From: Verrucomicrobiia bacterium
GTDB taxonomy: Bacteria; Verrucomicrobiota; Verrucomicrobiia; Limisphaerales; UBA1319
DNA: 64,000 nucleotides
Reading direction: 5' to 3'
Assembly: GCA_963664225.1 (NCBI GenBank)
Contig: OY760937.1
Span: 4,832,001-4,896,000, forward strand
The first letter of the stretch is position 1, and each line of letters starts with the position of its first letter. Shown here piece by piece: positions 50,049 to 58,329 of this stretch. The translations under genes and the position numbers were made by a program. The notes under the pieces were generated by a model. The model had not been told where the DNA came from and did not search any database. It saw only the letters and a program-made list of their open reading frames with translations.

Positions 50049-50130
50049 CGGGCTTTCAGCCCTTGATGTGATTGTGGCGGTTTACCTGGGCCGGTGGCCC
50101 AGGCTGGTATGGGGTCGCGCCGTTGGCGCT
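50049..50130 (+). repeat. REP-like three-hairpin repeat family A, copy 1
   Basis: Hairpins gggc-tttca-gccc, cctgggcc-ggt-ggcccagg and gcgcc-gtt-ggcgc; first 55 nt recur at 52154-52208 with 1 mismatch. Confidence 0.85.
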
Positions 50131-50159
50131 GGGGGTTGCAAACCGGATTGAGTGTTGTG

Positions 50160-50375
50160 AGATGCCAGTCGGGGTCGGGTTGGATTGCGTGGGGTTTCCG
50201 GGGGTGTCGGTCGCGGACGACCTCGACCACCCGGCTAATCGCTTGCATCCCCCGGGATGGCGATGATGAACATGGCGCGCCGGTGGGGCTCGGGAATTGG
50301 TGGTGGGGGTGTCGTTTGCTATAAACATGCCGCGCCTCCGGCGCTGGGAATGGGCGCGATTAAACATGGGTTGAC
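50160..50375 (+). repeat. Composite REP-like repeat B+C, copy 1 (2 C units)
   Basis: Closely matches 54092-54465 apart from the number of C units. Confidence 0.85.
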
Positions 50376-50524
50376 AGGATTTGGAGAAAAATCATTCAAC
50401 CACAAAGATCTCATGGATCACAAAGACAAAGTAGCGCGGATTGGGATGGGATTTCGGCCGCAGAATAACAGACCAACACTGAGGTTGCTTCGATTTGACG
50501 GACACAGGAGCGGAGCGAAACTTA

Positions 50525-50878
50525 ATGAAAAACCGTATGAAGCAATCTGTGATTCCCGATTCCAAGACTCATCCGAAGTATGATTCTGCATTTAAGCAGG
50601 AAGCCGTGAACCTCTGGAAATCCAGCGGGAAATCGGCAGCCACGGTGGCGGCTGAGTTGGGGATAAAAATGGAGCGGCTCTATGCCTGGCGCGCAAAATA
50701 TGTGCCGCTGCCAACAGGGGAAGGAGCCGAAACAAAGACCCGTGAGCAGTTGCTGGCCGACAATGCCGCTTTGTTGCGCGAACTGGACTATGTGCGCCAG
50801 CAGCGGGAGATTCTAAAAAAAACGTTGGGAATTCTTTCGGACCCCCAGAGCAACGCTATCAACGGGTTGAAGCGATGA
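50525..50878 (+). CDS. IS3-family transposase OrfA (HTH)
   Basis: YDSAFKQEAV...VAAELGI...LYAW HTH; leucine zipper ending REILKK. Confidence 0.9.
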   Translation: MKNRMKQSVIPDSKTHPKYDSAFKQEAVNLWKSSGKSAATVAAELGIKMERLYAWRAKYVPLPTGEGAETKTREQLLADNAALLRELDYVRQQREILKKTLGILSDPQSNAINGLKR

Positions 50879-51717
50879 AAGTCGATCATCCCATCCGCCT
50901 GCTCTGTGAGGCCTTTGATGTGTCTTTTAGCGGCTACTATGATTGGTGCCGACGGCAAATCCAGCCTTCGTTGCGTGCCCGTCAGGACGCCGTATTGAAA
51001 GGGACCATCACAACGATTTTCAATGGCAGCCGCAAAACCTATGGCAGCCCGCGCATCCAGATCGCCTTGAAGCACCAGGGGCACTGCCATGGTCGCAACC
51101 ACATCGCCCGTTTAATGCGCCAGGAAGGCCTGCAGGCGCGTTCTAAAAAGCGTTTCAAGGTCCGAACCACCGACAGCAATCATGATCAGCCCATTGCCCC
51201 CAACCGGCTGGCTCAAGCCGCGCCACCGGACCAACGCAATCAGACTTGGGTCGGGGACATCACCTACATTGCCACCGATGAAGGCTGGCTCTATCTCGCT
51301 GGCATTGAAGACCTTTACAGCCGCCGCATCGTGGGTTGGGGCATGAGCGAGCACATTGACACCGAACTGGTCCTGTCGGCCTGGAACATGGCCTGCATTC
51401 AGCGGCAACCCGAACCCGGATTGCTCTTTCATTCAGACCGGGGAGTCCAGTATGCCAGTCAGGATTATCGCCGGGCGATGGAAACCTCCGGTGCCCTGGC
51501 GAGCATGAGCCGCAGTGGCAACTGCTATGACAACGCGGCCATGGAATCCTTTTGGAGCACCCTTAAACAAGAACTGGTTTATCGCCGGGTCTTTGCGACC
51601 CGAGCCCAGGCCCGACAGGCCATCTTTGATTACATCGAGACCTTCTATAATCGACAGCGTTTACACAGCACACTCAATTACATGTCTCCTGTTGACTTTG
51701 AAAATATATCCAAATAA
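50875..51717 (+). CDS. IS3-family transposase OrfB (DDE integrase core)
   Basis: Motifs TYGSPRI, WVGDITYI, HSDRGVQY, CYDNAAMESFW and YNRQRLHSTLNY. Confidence 0.95.
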   Translation: MKVDHPIRLLCEAFDVSFSGYYDWCRRQIQPSLRARQDAVLKGTITTIFNGSRKTYGSPRIQIALKHQGHCHGRNHIARLMRQEGLQARSKKRFKVRTTDSNHDQPIAPNRLAQAAPPDQRNQTWVGDITYIATDEGWLYLAGIEDLYSRRIVGWGMSEHIDTELVLSAWNMACIQRQPEPGLLFHSDRGVQYASQDYRRAMETSGALASMSRSGNCYDNAAMESFWSTLKQELVYRRVFATRAQARQAIFDYIETFYNRQRLHSTLNYMSPVDFENISK

Positions 51718-51800
51718 CCTATATGTGTCTTCTGTGTCCGATTTATCGAAGCAAGCCCAACACAGGTAAAAACACCGAAAGACATGGATGGGGGAAAGGG

Positions 51801-51905
51801 GATTTGATTCAACGCCTACAGCGTTGGGATCTCTGGGGGACGGCGACCCCGGGTAGTCCCCGGCGGACAACCCGGGGCTGAGTGATTTCAACCCGTTCCG
51901 GGTTG
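51801..51905 (+). repeat. REP-like three-hairpin repeat family D, copy 1
   Basis: caacgc-ctaca-gcgttg, ccccggg...cccgggg and caacc...ggttg hairpins; recurs at 63591 and 63753. Confidence 0.8.
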
Positions 51906-52022
51906 AGGACACGGACGGATGGAAGATATCAAAGCCACGGGTGATGGACGCGGCGGGTGTGGATGGAACCCACGATCGGCGTGGACGAATGTTCAGAGGA
52001 ACCTGAATTCAAAGATAATAAT

Positions 52023-52065
52023 CTCCCTCACCCCGCTCCCTCTTCCTCTGCCGAGGGCGAGGGAG
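52023..52065. repeat. CCCTCACCCC...GAGGG-type palindromic element
   Basis: ctccctc...gagggag inverted repeat. Confidence 0.55.
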
Positions 52066-52153
52066 TACTTTTTCGCGTTTTCTGGTCAATTGGATGATTT
52101 GGAAAGTGCCGCCGCGTGGGGTTGGTTGAGGGAAGAATGGATAATTGGGTCCC

Positions 52154-52208
52154 CGGGCTTTCAGCCCTTGATGTGATTGTGGCGGATTACCTGGGCCGGT
52201 GGCCCAGG
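52154..52208 (+). repeat. Repeat family A, truncated copy 2
   Basis: 54/55 identical to 50049-50103. Confidence 0.85.
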
Positions 52209-52286
52209 GGATTGAGATTGGAACGGTGTTGTTAACGGGCGGGGTGATTGAGCAGCAGATGAGGAAAAGCGCGAAGGGCGGATGAT

Positions 52287-52405
52287 GGCTCGGCAGGAGC
52301 CTCGCCCTACCGGGGGTGGCGTTTGCTATAAACAGGCCACCCCACCGGGGCTGGGAATTGGGTTGGGAGGGTGGCGTTTGCTATAAACATGCCTCCTGGG
52401 AATTG
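52287..52405 (+). repeat. REP-like ggctc..gagcctcgccctacc hairpin followed by two degenerate C units
   Basis: gctataaaca at 52325 and 52380. Confidence 0.7.
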
Positions 52406-52452
52406 GGTAGGGAGGGAGGCATTCTAAAAAGCGATGACTTGTATGGATGGGA

Positions 52453-52704
52453 CGCCCTTACAGGGCTCTTTTTGTTGGCATGGTTGTTACCTGGGCCTCC
52501 GCTCGAAGACTCGCTCCAGCCCAGGCTATCACATTGCGGCCCTACGGGCCTGTGGCTTGGCGTGGTGGTTAAGCCACGGACGTTATGTCACGAACCGATG
52601 ATTGGTTTGTGATTATAATGCGATTCAAAATGGTTTTGACATTGTAAATATGCCGCACCGTTGGGGCGAAGAAACGCAGATAAGGACAAGGAGGAAAAGG
52701 GCAG
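52453..52704 (+). repeat. Long direct repeat family E, copy 1
   Basis: 47-nt core identical to 53774-53820; similarity extends over about 250 nt. Confidence 0.9.
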
Positions 52705-52713
52705 ATGACCACC

Positions 52714-52827
52714 CGGGCAGGGTTGGGGCGTTCCATGAGCGCCAATGCGACGCTGCCCCGTTGGATGAAAGCGACCGCTGCGCTGGGCGAAATCGTCGAG
52801 GAAGAGTGTCAAGTGATGGTGTGATCC
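52714..52827 (+). repeat. Dispersed repeat family F, copy 2
   Basis: Similar to 48681-48800. Confidence 0.85.
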
Positions 52828-53004
52828 ATTTTTCAGGCCTCTGGAGAGGGGACTGCGACCAGCGGCTCAACAACTGATGGAAAATTTCTTTTTCATGGTT
52901 GTCCAGCCTGCGGGAGGGGGTTAAGTTGCCCGAGCCAAAGGCAAATAAGAAAATGCAGGCAGATATCACCTCACCCTATTTCAGAGTATCAATAAAGGAA
53001 TAAT

Positions 53005-53586
53005 ATGAATCCCAAGGTTGATCTATTTTTAAGTAATGCCCAAGAGTGGCGGGAAGAAATGAAGGAAATGAGGAGGATCATTCTTGCCTGCGGGCTGACT
53101 GAGGAATTGAAGTGGGGCAAACCTTGTTACGCGTTTCAGAATACCAACATAGTTATCCTGCAAGGATTTAAGAACTACTGTGCGCTCATGTTTTGCAAAG
53201 GCGCCTTGTTAAAAGATCCCAATGGTATTCTAATCAAACCCGGGGAGAATACGCAGGCTGCGCGGCAGATACGGTACTCCAATGTTCGAGAAATAGTTCA
53301 GATGGAACCAATTTTGAAAACCTATATCCATGAAGCCATTGAAGCGGAAAAAGCTGGTTTGAAAGTGAATTATAAAAAGACCTCGGAATTCACAATTCCT
53401 GACGAAGTTCAGAATAAATTGGATGAAAACGCTGCCTTTAAAAAGGCCTTTTATGCATTAACGCCGGGACGGCAAAGAGCATACATTCTTTATTTCTCCG
53501 CACCCAAGCAATCCAAAACCCGGGAGTCGAGGGTTGCAAAATGTATGCAGCAAATTCTTAATGGAAAGGGTTTAAACGATCGGTAG
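53005..53586 (+). CDS. YdeI/OmpD-associated family protein (DUF1801)
   Basis: Motifs EELKWGKPCY, KGALLKDP and ALTPGRQRAY...KQSKTR; RBS aaagga; AT-rich. Confidence 0.9.
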   Translation: MNPKVDLFLSNAQEWREEMKEMRRIILACGLTEELKWGKPCYAFQNTNIVILQGFKNYCALMFCKGALLKDPNGILIKPGENTQAARQIRYSNVREIVQMEPILKTYIHEAIEAEKAGLKVNYKKTSEFTIPDEVQNKLDENAAFKKAFYALTPGRQRAYILYFSAPKQSKTRESRVAKCMQQILNGKGLNDR

Positions 53587-53735
53587 GCTTCAGCATCGTT
53601 CCCTCACCCAGCGTCGTTCAAACCCGGTAACAATATTTTAGGAATCTCCATGCCGGTATTTTCTGCCTGCATTATCGCTTTTCGATACTACCCAATGTGA
53701 CGGGACTGAAAGCCGTTTCTTGAGCTGAGTTGTTT

Positions 53736-53976
53736 CGCCCTTAACAGGGCTCATAAATCACGAGTGGCCTGTGACCTGGGCCTCCGCTCGAAGACTCGCT
53801 CCAGCCCAGGCTATCACATTACAGCCCTACGGGCCTGAGGCTCGGCGTTTTTGTCATGACAGGAACCGCGATGGTTGGAGTGTGATTACATTGTGATTCA
53901 AAATGGTTTGGAAATTGTAAACATGGCACACTTCCGGCGCTGAGCAATGCAGGTAAGGACAAGAAGGAAATGGCAG
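53736..53976 (+). repeat. Long direct repeat family E, copy 2
   Basis: Matches 52453-52704. Confidence 0.9.
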
Positions 53977-54091
53977 GGTTAACCACGAAATACGCTAAAC
54001 ACGCGAATATGGGGGAGATGTCTCACGGGAAGGCGCGAAGAGGAAGGACGGAATATGAGGATTAATCGCAATTTGCTGCATTGAACTTTCT

Positions 54092-54465
54092 GCGACCCCT
54101 GCCGGGGTCGGGGTTCGATTGGATGGGGGTTCCGGGGGTGTCGGTCGCGGACGACCTCGACCGCCCGGCTAATCGCTTGCATCCCTCCGGGATGGCGATG
54201 ATGAACATGGCGCGCCGGTGGGGCTCGGAATGGGTCGTGGGGTGTCGTTTGCTATAAACATGCCGCCCCGCTGGGGCTGGGAATTGGCCGTGGGGGGGTG
54301 TTGCTTGCTATAAACATGCCGCCCCGCTGGGGCTGGGAATGGGCGTGGGGTGTCGTTTGCTATAAACATGTCGCCCCGCTGGGGCTGGGAATTGGGTGTG
54401 GGGGATGCCGTTAGCTATAAACATGTCGCGCCTCCGGCGCTGGGAATGGGCGTGATGGAACATGG
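54092..54465 (+). repeat. Composite REP-like repeat B+C, copy 2, with a tandem array of five C units of about 55 bp
   Basis: gctataaacatg at 54251, 54307, 54359 and 54414 (periods 56, 52, 55) plus a partial first unit near 54203; each unit has a GC hairpin such as gcccc-gct-ggggc. Confidence 0.9.
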
Positions 54466-54609
54466 ATGGGCAGGTTTATTAATCACGGATCAGACGGATT
54501 ACACGGATGGGGGAAAGAGCAGAACGGAGAATGACTTAACCACGAAATAAGCTAAACGCGCGAAAAGGGAGAAGAAAAGACTTAACCGCAGAGCAAGTCA
54601 ATGGAATGA

Positions 54610-54639
54610 GGGTGGCGCGCAGAGGGGGGCGCGCCACCC
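54610..54639. repeat. Palindrome (REP-like or terminator) downstream of the GH127 gene
   Basis: gggtggcgcgc-N8-gcgcgccaccc. Confidence 0.65.
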
Positions 54640-54647
54640 AATAAGGA

Positions 54648-57077
54648 TTATTCTTCGACTTCGCCGAGGACGCGCCATTCCTGGATGCCGGACGCCCAGT
54701 TGGGTTGGAGTGTGGCTTCGAGGCGCAGGGCGGTGGTGGTGACGGGCTTGAAACCGGTCTGGCACCATTGGTCGAGTTTGACGTCATACTTGGACGTTGG
54801 CTCGACGGGTTTCCAATCCTGGCCGTCGCGGTAGAGGATGCGCCATGATGCGGGTATTTTGCATTCGCCGCGACCGGTGTCGTCGAACCAGTACACTTTG
54901 GTTCCGTTGAGGGTGACGGGTTTTTTCCAGGTATATTGGACCCATTCCGTGGTGCCTTTGTGCGGCCACCAATGGCAGTTGGCCTGCGGTTGGTCGGAGG
55001 ATTTTTTGGGCTCGATGCCATCGCACACGCCCTCGGGCTGGCAATTGGAGTTTTTGAAGGAGATGGAGACGACGGCCTGTCGTTCCATGGTGGACGTCAA
55101 CGCCGGGGGCGTGGTCACCGGAAGCCAGACCTTCATGGGGCAGGCGGTGCGGTTATCCCAGGCGTAGTAGGGGATGGCGGTGATGGGGGTTTGTTTGGGC
55201 GCGCGCATCGGTTTGTAGAGCGTGTTGCGCCAATCCGTGTCCGGCCGTGACTGGGCCATTCCGGTGAGCACCACGATACCACCAAGGAGGCCGGGACGTT
55301 TTTCGGGTTTGAGTTCCGCGGTGCCGGGCAGGGCGAGGGAATCGAGCTTTTCCTGCTGGTCGCATTCTTCAACGCAATAAACGAGGGGGCCGCGCTGGAT
55401 GGCGAGGAGTCCGGTGTCTTCGCGGACGGCCGGGTTGGCCTGAACGCGGCGGACCGGCATGGACAGGTCCAAAACCACAGAGTCGCCTTTGCGCCATTCG
55501 CGGTCGATGACGAGGTAGCCTTTTTGGACGGTTGGATTCTTGATTTGTTTGCCGTCCACGGTTGCTTTGAACTCGTCGCACCAATTCGGGATGCGGAGTT
55601 TCAAGGCGAATTTCGATGCGGCATCGATGCCTGGCGTGAGGGTGATTTTGCCATCCCACGGGTAATCGGTTTTGACGGCGAGATTGATTTTGTGGCCGCT
55701 GACCTCCGTTGTGACCGAACCCTGGATGTAGAGGTTGACCCACAGGGCATTGGGCGAGGTGGCGTAGGCATAACCGCCCAGGGAGGATAGAGTGCGCGCG
55801 ACGTTGGGCGGGCAGCAGGCGCAACCGAACCAGTCGGAGCGATGGTGATTGCCGGTGCTGGAGAGGGGATTGACGTAGAAGAATTTGGTGCCGTCGAGCG
55901 AGACGCCATCCAGGACGCCGTTGTAAAGGGAGCGCTCGACAAGGTCCGCATAGCGGGCCTCACCGTAGAGCAGGGCCAGTCGATGGTTCCACAGGGCCAT
56001 GGCGACGGAGGCGCAGGTTTCCTGATAGGCCGTCATGTTGGGCAGATCGTAATCCTCGGTGAATCCCTCATTGGAAGCGGAAGGCCCGATGCCGCCGGTC
56101 AGATACATGTTTTTCTCGGCGGTATTGCGCCAGACGCGATGGACCATTTGGAGGAGGCGGGCATCACCCGTTTCAGCGGCGACGTCCACGGTGCCGGAAA
56201 GGAGGTAAGCGGCGCGGACGGCGTGGCCCTTGATGGTTTTGTGGTCGTAGATGGGAACGTCATCCTGCCAGTAGGTGCCGTCATATTGATCGAGGGGCGT
56301 CTTATGCTCCTCGGCAAAGAAATGGCGTCCACGGTTTTCAATGAAAAAGCGGGCGAGATCGAAGTAACGTTTTTCGCCGGTCACACGCCGGAGTTTGACC
56401 AAGGCGAGTTCGATTTCGGGATGTCCCGGATAACCCATGCGTTTGCCGGGGGCGTTTCCAAAGACGGAATCGATGTAATCGGCGTATTTGGTGGCGACGG
56501 TGAGAAGAGAGCGCTTGCCCGTGGCCTGGTAGTGAGCGACCGCGGCTTCAAACAAATGACCGGCGCAATAGAGTTCATGCCAGTCGCGGAGGTTTTTCCA
56601 GCGCTGATCGGGGGCGACGACCAGGAAATGGGTGTTCAGATAACCATCGGGCTGCTGGGCGGCGGCGATTTTCTCGATGATGCCATCCAGACGTTTGTCG
56701 AGCGCGGGATCGGGATCGGTCGCGAGCGAGTAGGAGGCGGCTTCCATGCCTTTATAAAGGTCGGAATCCATGAAGACGGGGCCGGAATAGCCGGTGTGCT
56801 CGTGGGCGGCGGCGAGCTCGAAATTCTTGATGTTGCCGGCCTTGACCAGCATGTCGAGGTTATGGGGAATGGAGACCAGGCGATTGGTTTCGCGGCGCGG
56901 TGTCCAGAAGGAGTCCTTGATCTGGACCTGATTGAAGGGAACGGCCTTGAGATGGGGGAGATCAGCTCCGGTTTGGGCGGTGGCGGTTTGGGACGCCACG
57001 GTTGCCAGAAGGAGCAGGGCCAGGCTGGTGTGGAGGCTTTTTCGGGTGCGCCCGGCAAGTTGGGTCAATCGAGACAT
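54648..57077 (-). CDS. Glycoside hydrolase family 127 (beta-L-arabinofuranosidase) with C-terminal beta-sandwich domain
   Basis: Motifs DSDLYK.MEA, HELYCAGH, GHPEIELAL, GHAVRA, YQETCAS, FFYVNPL and CACCPPN; signal peptide. Confidence 0.92.
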   Translation of the reverse strand: MSRLTQLAGRTRKSLHTSLALLLLATVASQTATAQTGADLPHLKAVPFNQVQIKDSFWTPRRETNRLVSIPHNLDMLVKAGNIKNFELAAAHEHTGYSGPVFMDSDLYKGMEAASYSLATDPDPALDKRLDGIIEKIAAAQQPDGYLNTHFLVVAPDQRWKNLRDWHELYCAGHLFEAAVAHYQATGKRSLLTVATKYADYIDSVFGNAPGKRMGYPGHPEIELALVKLRRVTGEKRYFDLARFFIENRGRHFFAEEHKTPLDQYDGTYWQDDVPIYDHKTIKGHAVRAAYLLSGTVDVAAETGDARLLQMVHRVWRNTAEKNMYLTGGIGPSASNEGFTEDYDLPNMTAYQETCASVAMALWNHRLALLYGEARYADLVERSLYNGVLDGVSLDGTKFFYVNPLSSTGNHHRSDWFGCACCPPNVARTLSSLGGYAYATSPNALWVNLYIQGSVTTEVSGHKINLAVKTDYPWDGKITLTPGIDAASKFALKLRIPNWCDEFKATVDGKQIKNPTVQKGYLVIDREWRKGDSVVLDLSMPVRRVQANPAVREDTGLLAIQRGPLVYCVEECDQQEKLDSLALPGTAELKPEKRPGLLGGIVVLTGMAQSRPDTDWRNTLYKPMRAPKQTPITAIPYYAWDNRTACPMKVWLPVTTPPALTSTMERQAVVSISFKNSNCQPEGVCDGIEPKKSSDQPQANCHWWPHKGTTEWVQYTWKKPVTLNGTKVYWFDDTGRGECKIPASWRILYRDGQDWKPVEPTSKYDVKLDQWCQTGFKPVTTTALRLEATLQPNWASGIQEWRVLGEVEE

Positions 57078-57175
57078 AAGTCAATGGTTGTGGTTAAAGA
57101 GTGCGCATTGTGATGGGGACGAGAATGCGCCGGGGGAGGGTGGTTGAAAAGGAAAAAGGGGCGACAGGAGAAAGG

Positions 57176-57290
57176 GGCCACAGATTAACACAGACCAACA
57201 CAGATAAGAAACGGCGAAAAACATGACAGGATGACAGGATGGCAGGATGGGGAGGGGGATTATCCGCAGATGACGGGTGAACGCAGAACG
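57176..57290 (+). repeat. Cluster of triplicated 8-10-bp motifs
   Basis: cacagat-taa-cacagac-caa-cacagat; gacaggat-gacaggat-ggcaggat; ccgcagatga...acgcaga. Confidence 0.7.
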
Positions 57291-57462
57291 GATGGAAGGG
57301 GTGTGGGAAAAAGGGTGGCGAATATTTCGCTTCAGCTTGAGTGAAAAATTGTGTTCAATCGGTTGACTGAAAGAACGAAGCGCATCCGTTGACGACGACT
57401 GCATTCGATCTGGCGGGTTACCGTGTGTGGAAGTGGTTTAGCAGCATAGACGATTATTATAT

Positions 57463-58191
57463 ATGTCAGGACATAGCAAATGGTCGAAGGTTAAGACGTT
57501 CAAGGGCGCCATTGACGCCAAACGCGGCCGGATATTTTCAAAGCTGGCGCGCGAAATTACCATTGCCACCAAGATCTCGGGCGGTGACCCGGATCTGAAT
57601 CCGCGTCTGCGCATGGCACTGCTCAGGAGCCGTATGGCGAACATGCCATCCGATAACATCGACAGGGCGATCAAAAAGGGAACCGGCGGGGGTGAGGCGG
57701 TGAATTACGCCGACCTGACGTATGAGGTCTTTGGTCCGCACGGCGTGGCGATTCTGGTGGAGTTGAGCACGGATAACCGCAACCGCACGGCGTCTGAGAT
57801 TCGAAGCATTCTGACCAAGAGCAATGGCTCGATTGCGACCACGGGCGCGGTGTCGCGCCTGTTCCAGCGGAAGGGCCAGATGATCATCGCGCGGGAGTCG
57901 GCGCAGGAGGATGCGTTGATGGAACTGGCTCTGGAGGCGGGCGCAGAGGATTTCAAGGCGGAGCCGGAAGGATTTGAGATTTTGACGGATCCGGCGACCT
58001 TCGAGGCTGTCCATAAGCAAATCGAAGCCAAGGGGATCAAATGCGATGTGGCGCAAGTGACCTTTCTTCCGACGCTGACCGTGCCATTGGATGCGACAGC
58101 CGCTGTCGCCGTGAACCGATTGATCGAGGCCCTGGAAGAGCACGACGATGTGAAGGAAGTCTATACCAACGGCGATTTCCCGGATGAATAA
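57463..58191 (+). CDS. yebC: YebC/PmpR family protein
   Basis: Motifs MSGHSKW, NMPSDNIDRAIKKG, TDNRNRT and DDVKEVYTN. Confidence 0.95.
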   Translation: MSGHSKWSKVKTFKGAIDAKRGRIFSKLAREITIATKISGGDPDLNPRLRMALLRSRMANMPSDNIDRAIKKGTGGGEAVNYADLTYEVFGPHGVAILVELSTDNRNRTASEIRSILTKSNGSIATTGAVSRLFQRKGQMIIARESAQEDALMELALEAGAEDFKAEPEGFEILTDPATFEAVHKQIEAKGIKCDVAQVTFLPTLTVPLDATAAVAVNRLIEALEEHDDVKEVYTNGDFPDE

Positions 58192-58329
58192 TCCAGGCAC
58201 CGAATCAGGGATGAACAAACAGCAGAGGCGGCGCGGAATGGTTTGTGCGATGTTAGGCGAATGGGTCATCGCCGGCCGTGCGACTGGAATCGCAAGCGCT
58301 GGCGACTGACGTATTGGATGCAAACACCT

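Larger units (their letters stand above)
50480..51759 (+). mobile_element. Complete IS3-family insertion sequence (1280 bp) with 4-bp target duplication ACAC
   Basis: IRL TGAGGTTGCTTCGATTTGACGGACACAG; IRR (reverse complement) TGGGCTTGCTTCGATAAATCGGACACAG; TG...CA ends; ACAC at 50476-50479 and 51760-51763. Confidence 0.95.

Noticed and set aside
49916..50480. Short ORFs overlapping the repeat blocks (also 51661-52969, 53979-54550 and 63445-63996)
   Set aside because: These are translations of palindromic repeats with no recognisable domains. No RAYT/Y1 transposase HUH motif was seen.
54203..54450. CRISPR array
   Set aside because: The apparent spacers are short (about 15-20 nt), G-rich and similar to each other. 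The unit also occurs dispersed at 50.3 and 52.3 kb, and no cas genes are in the window.
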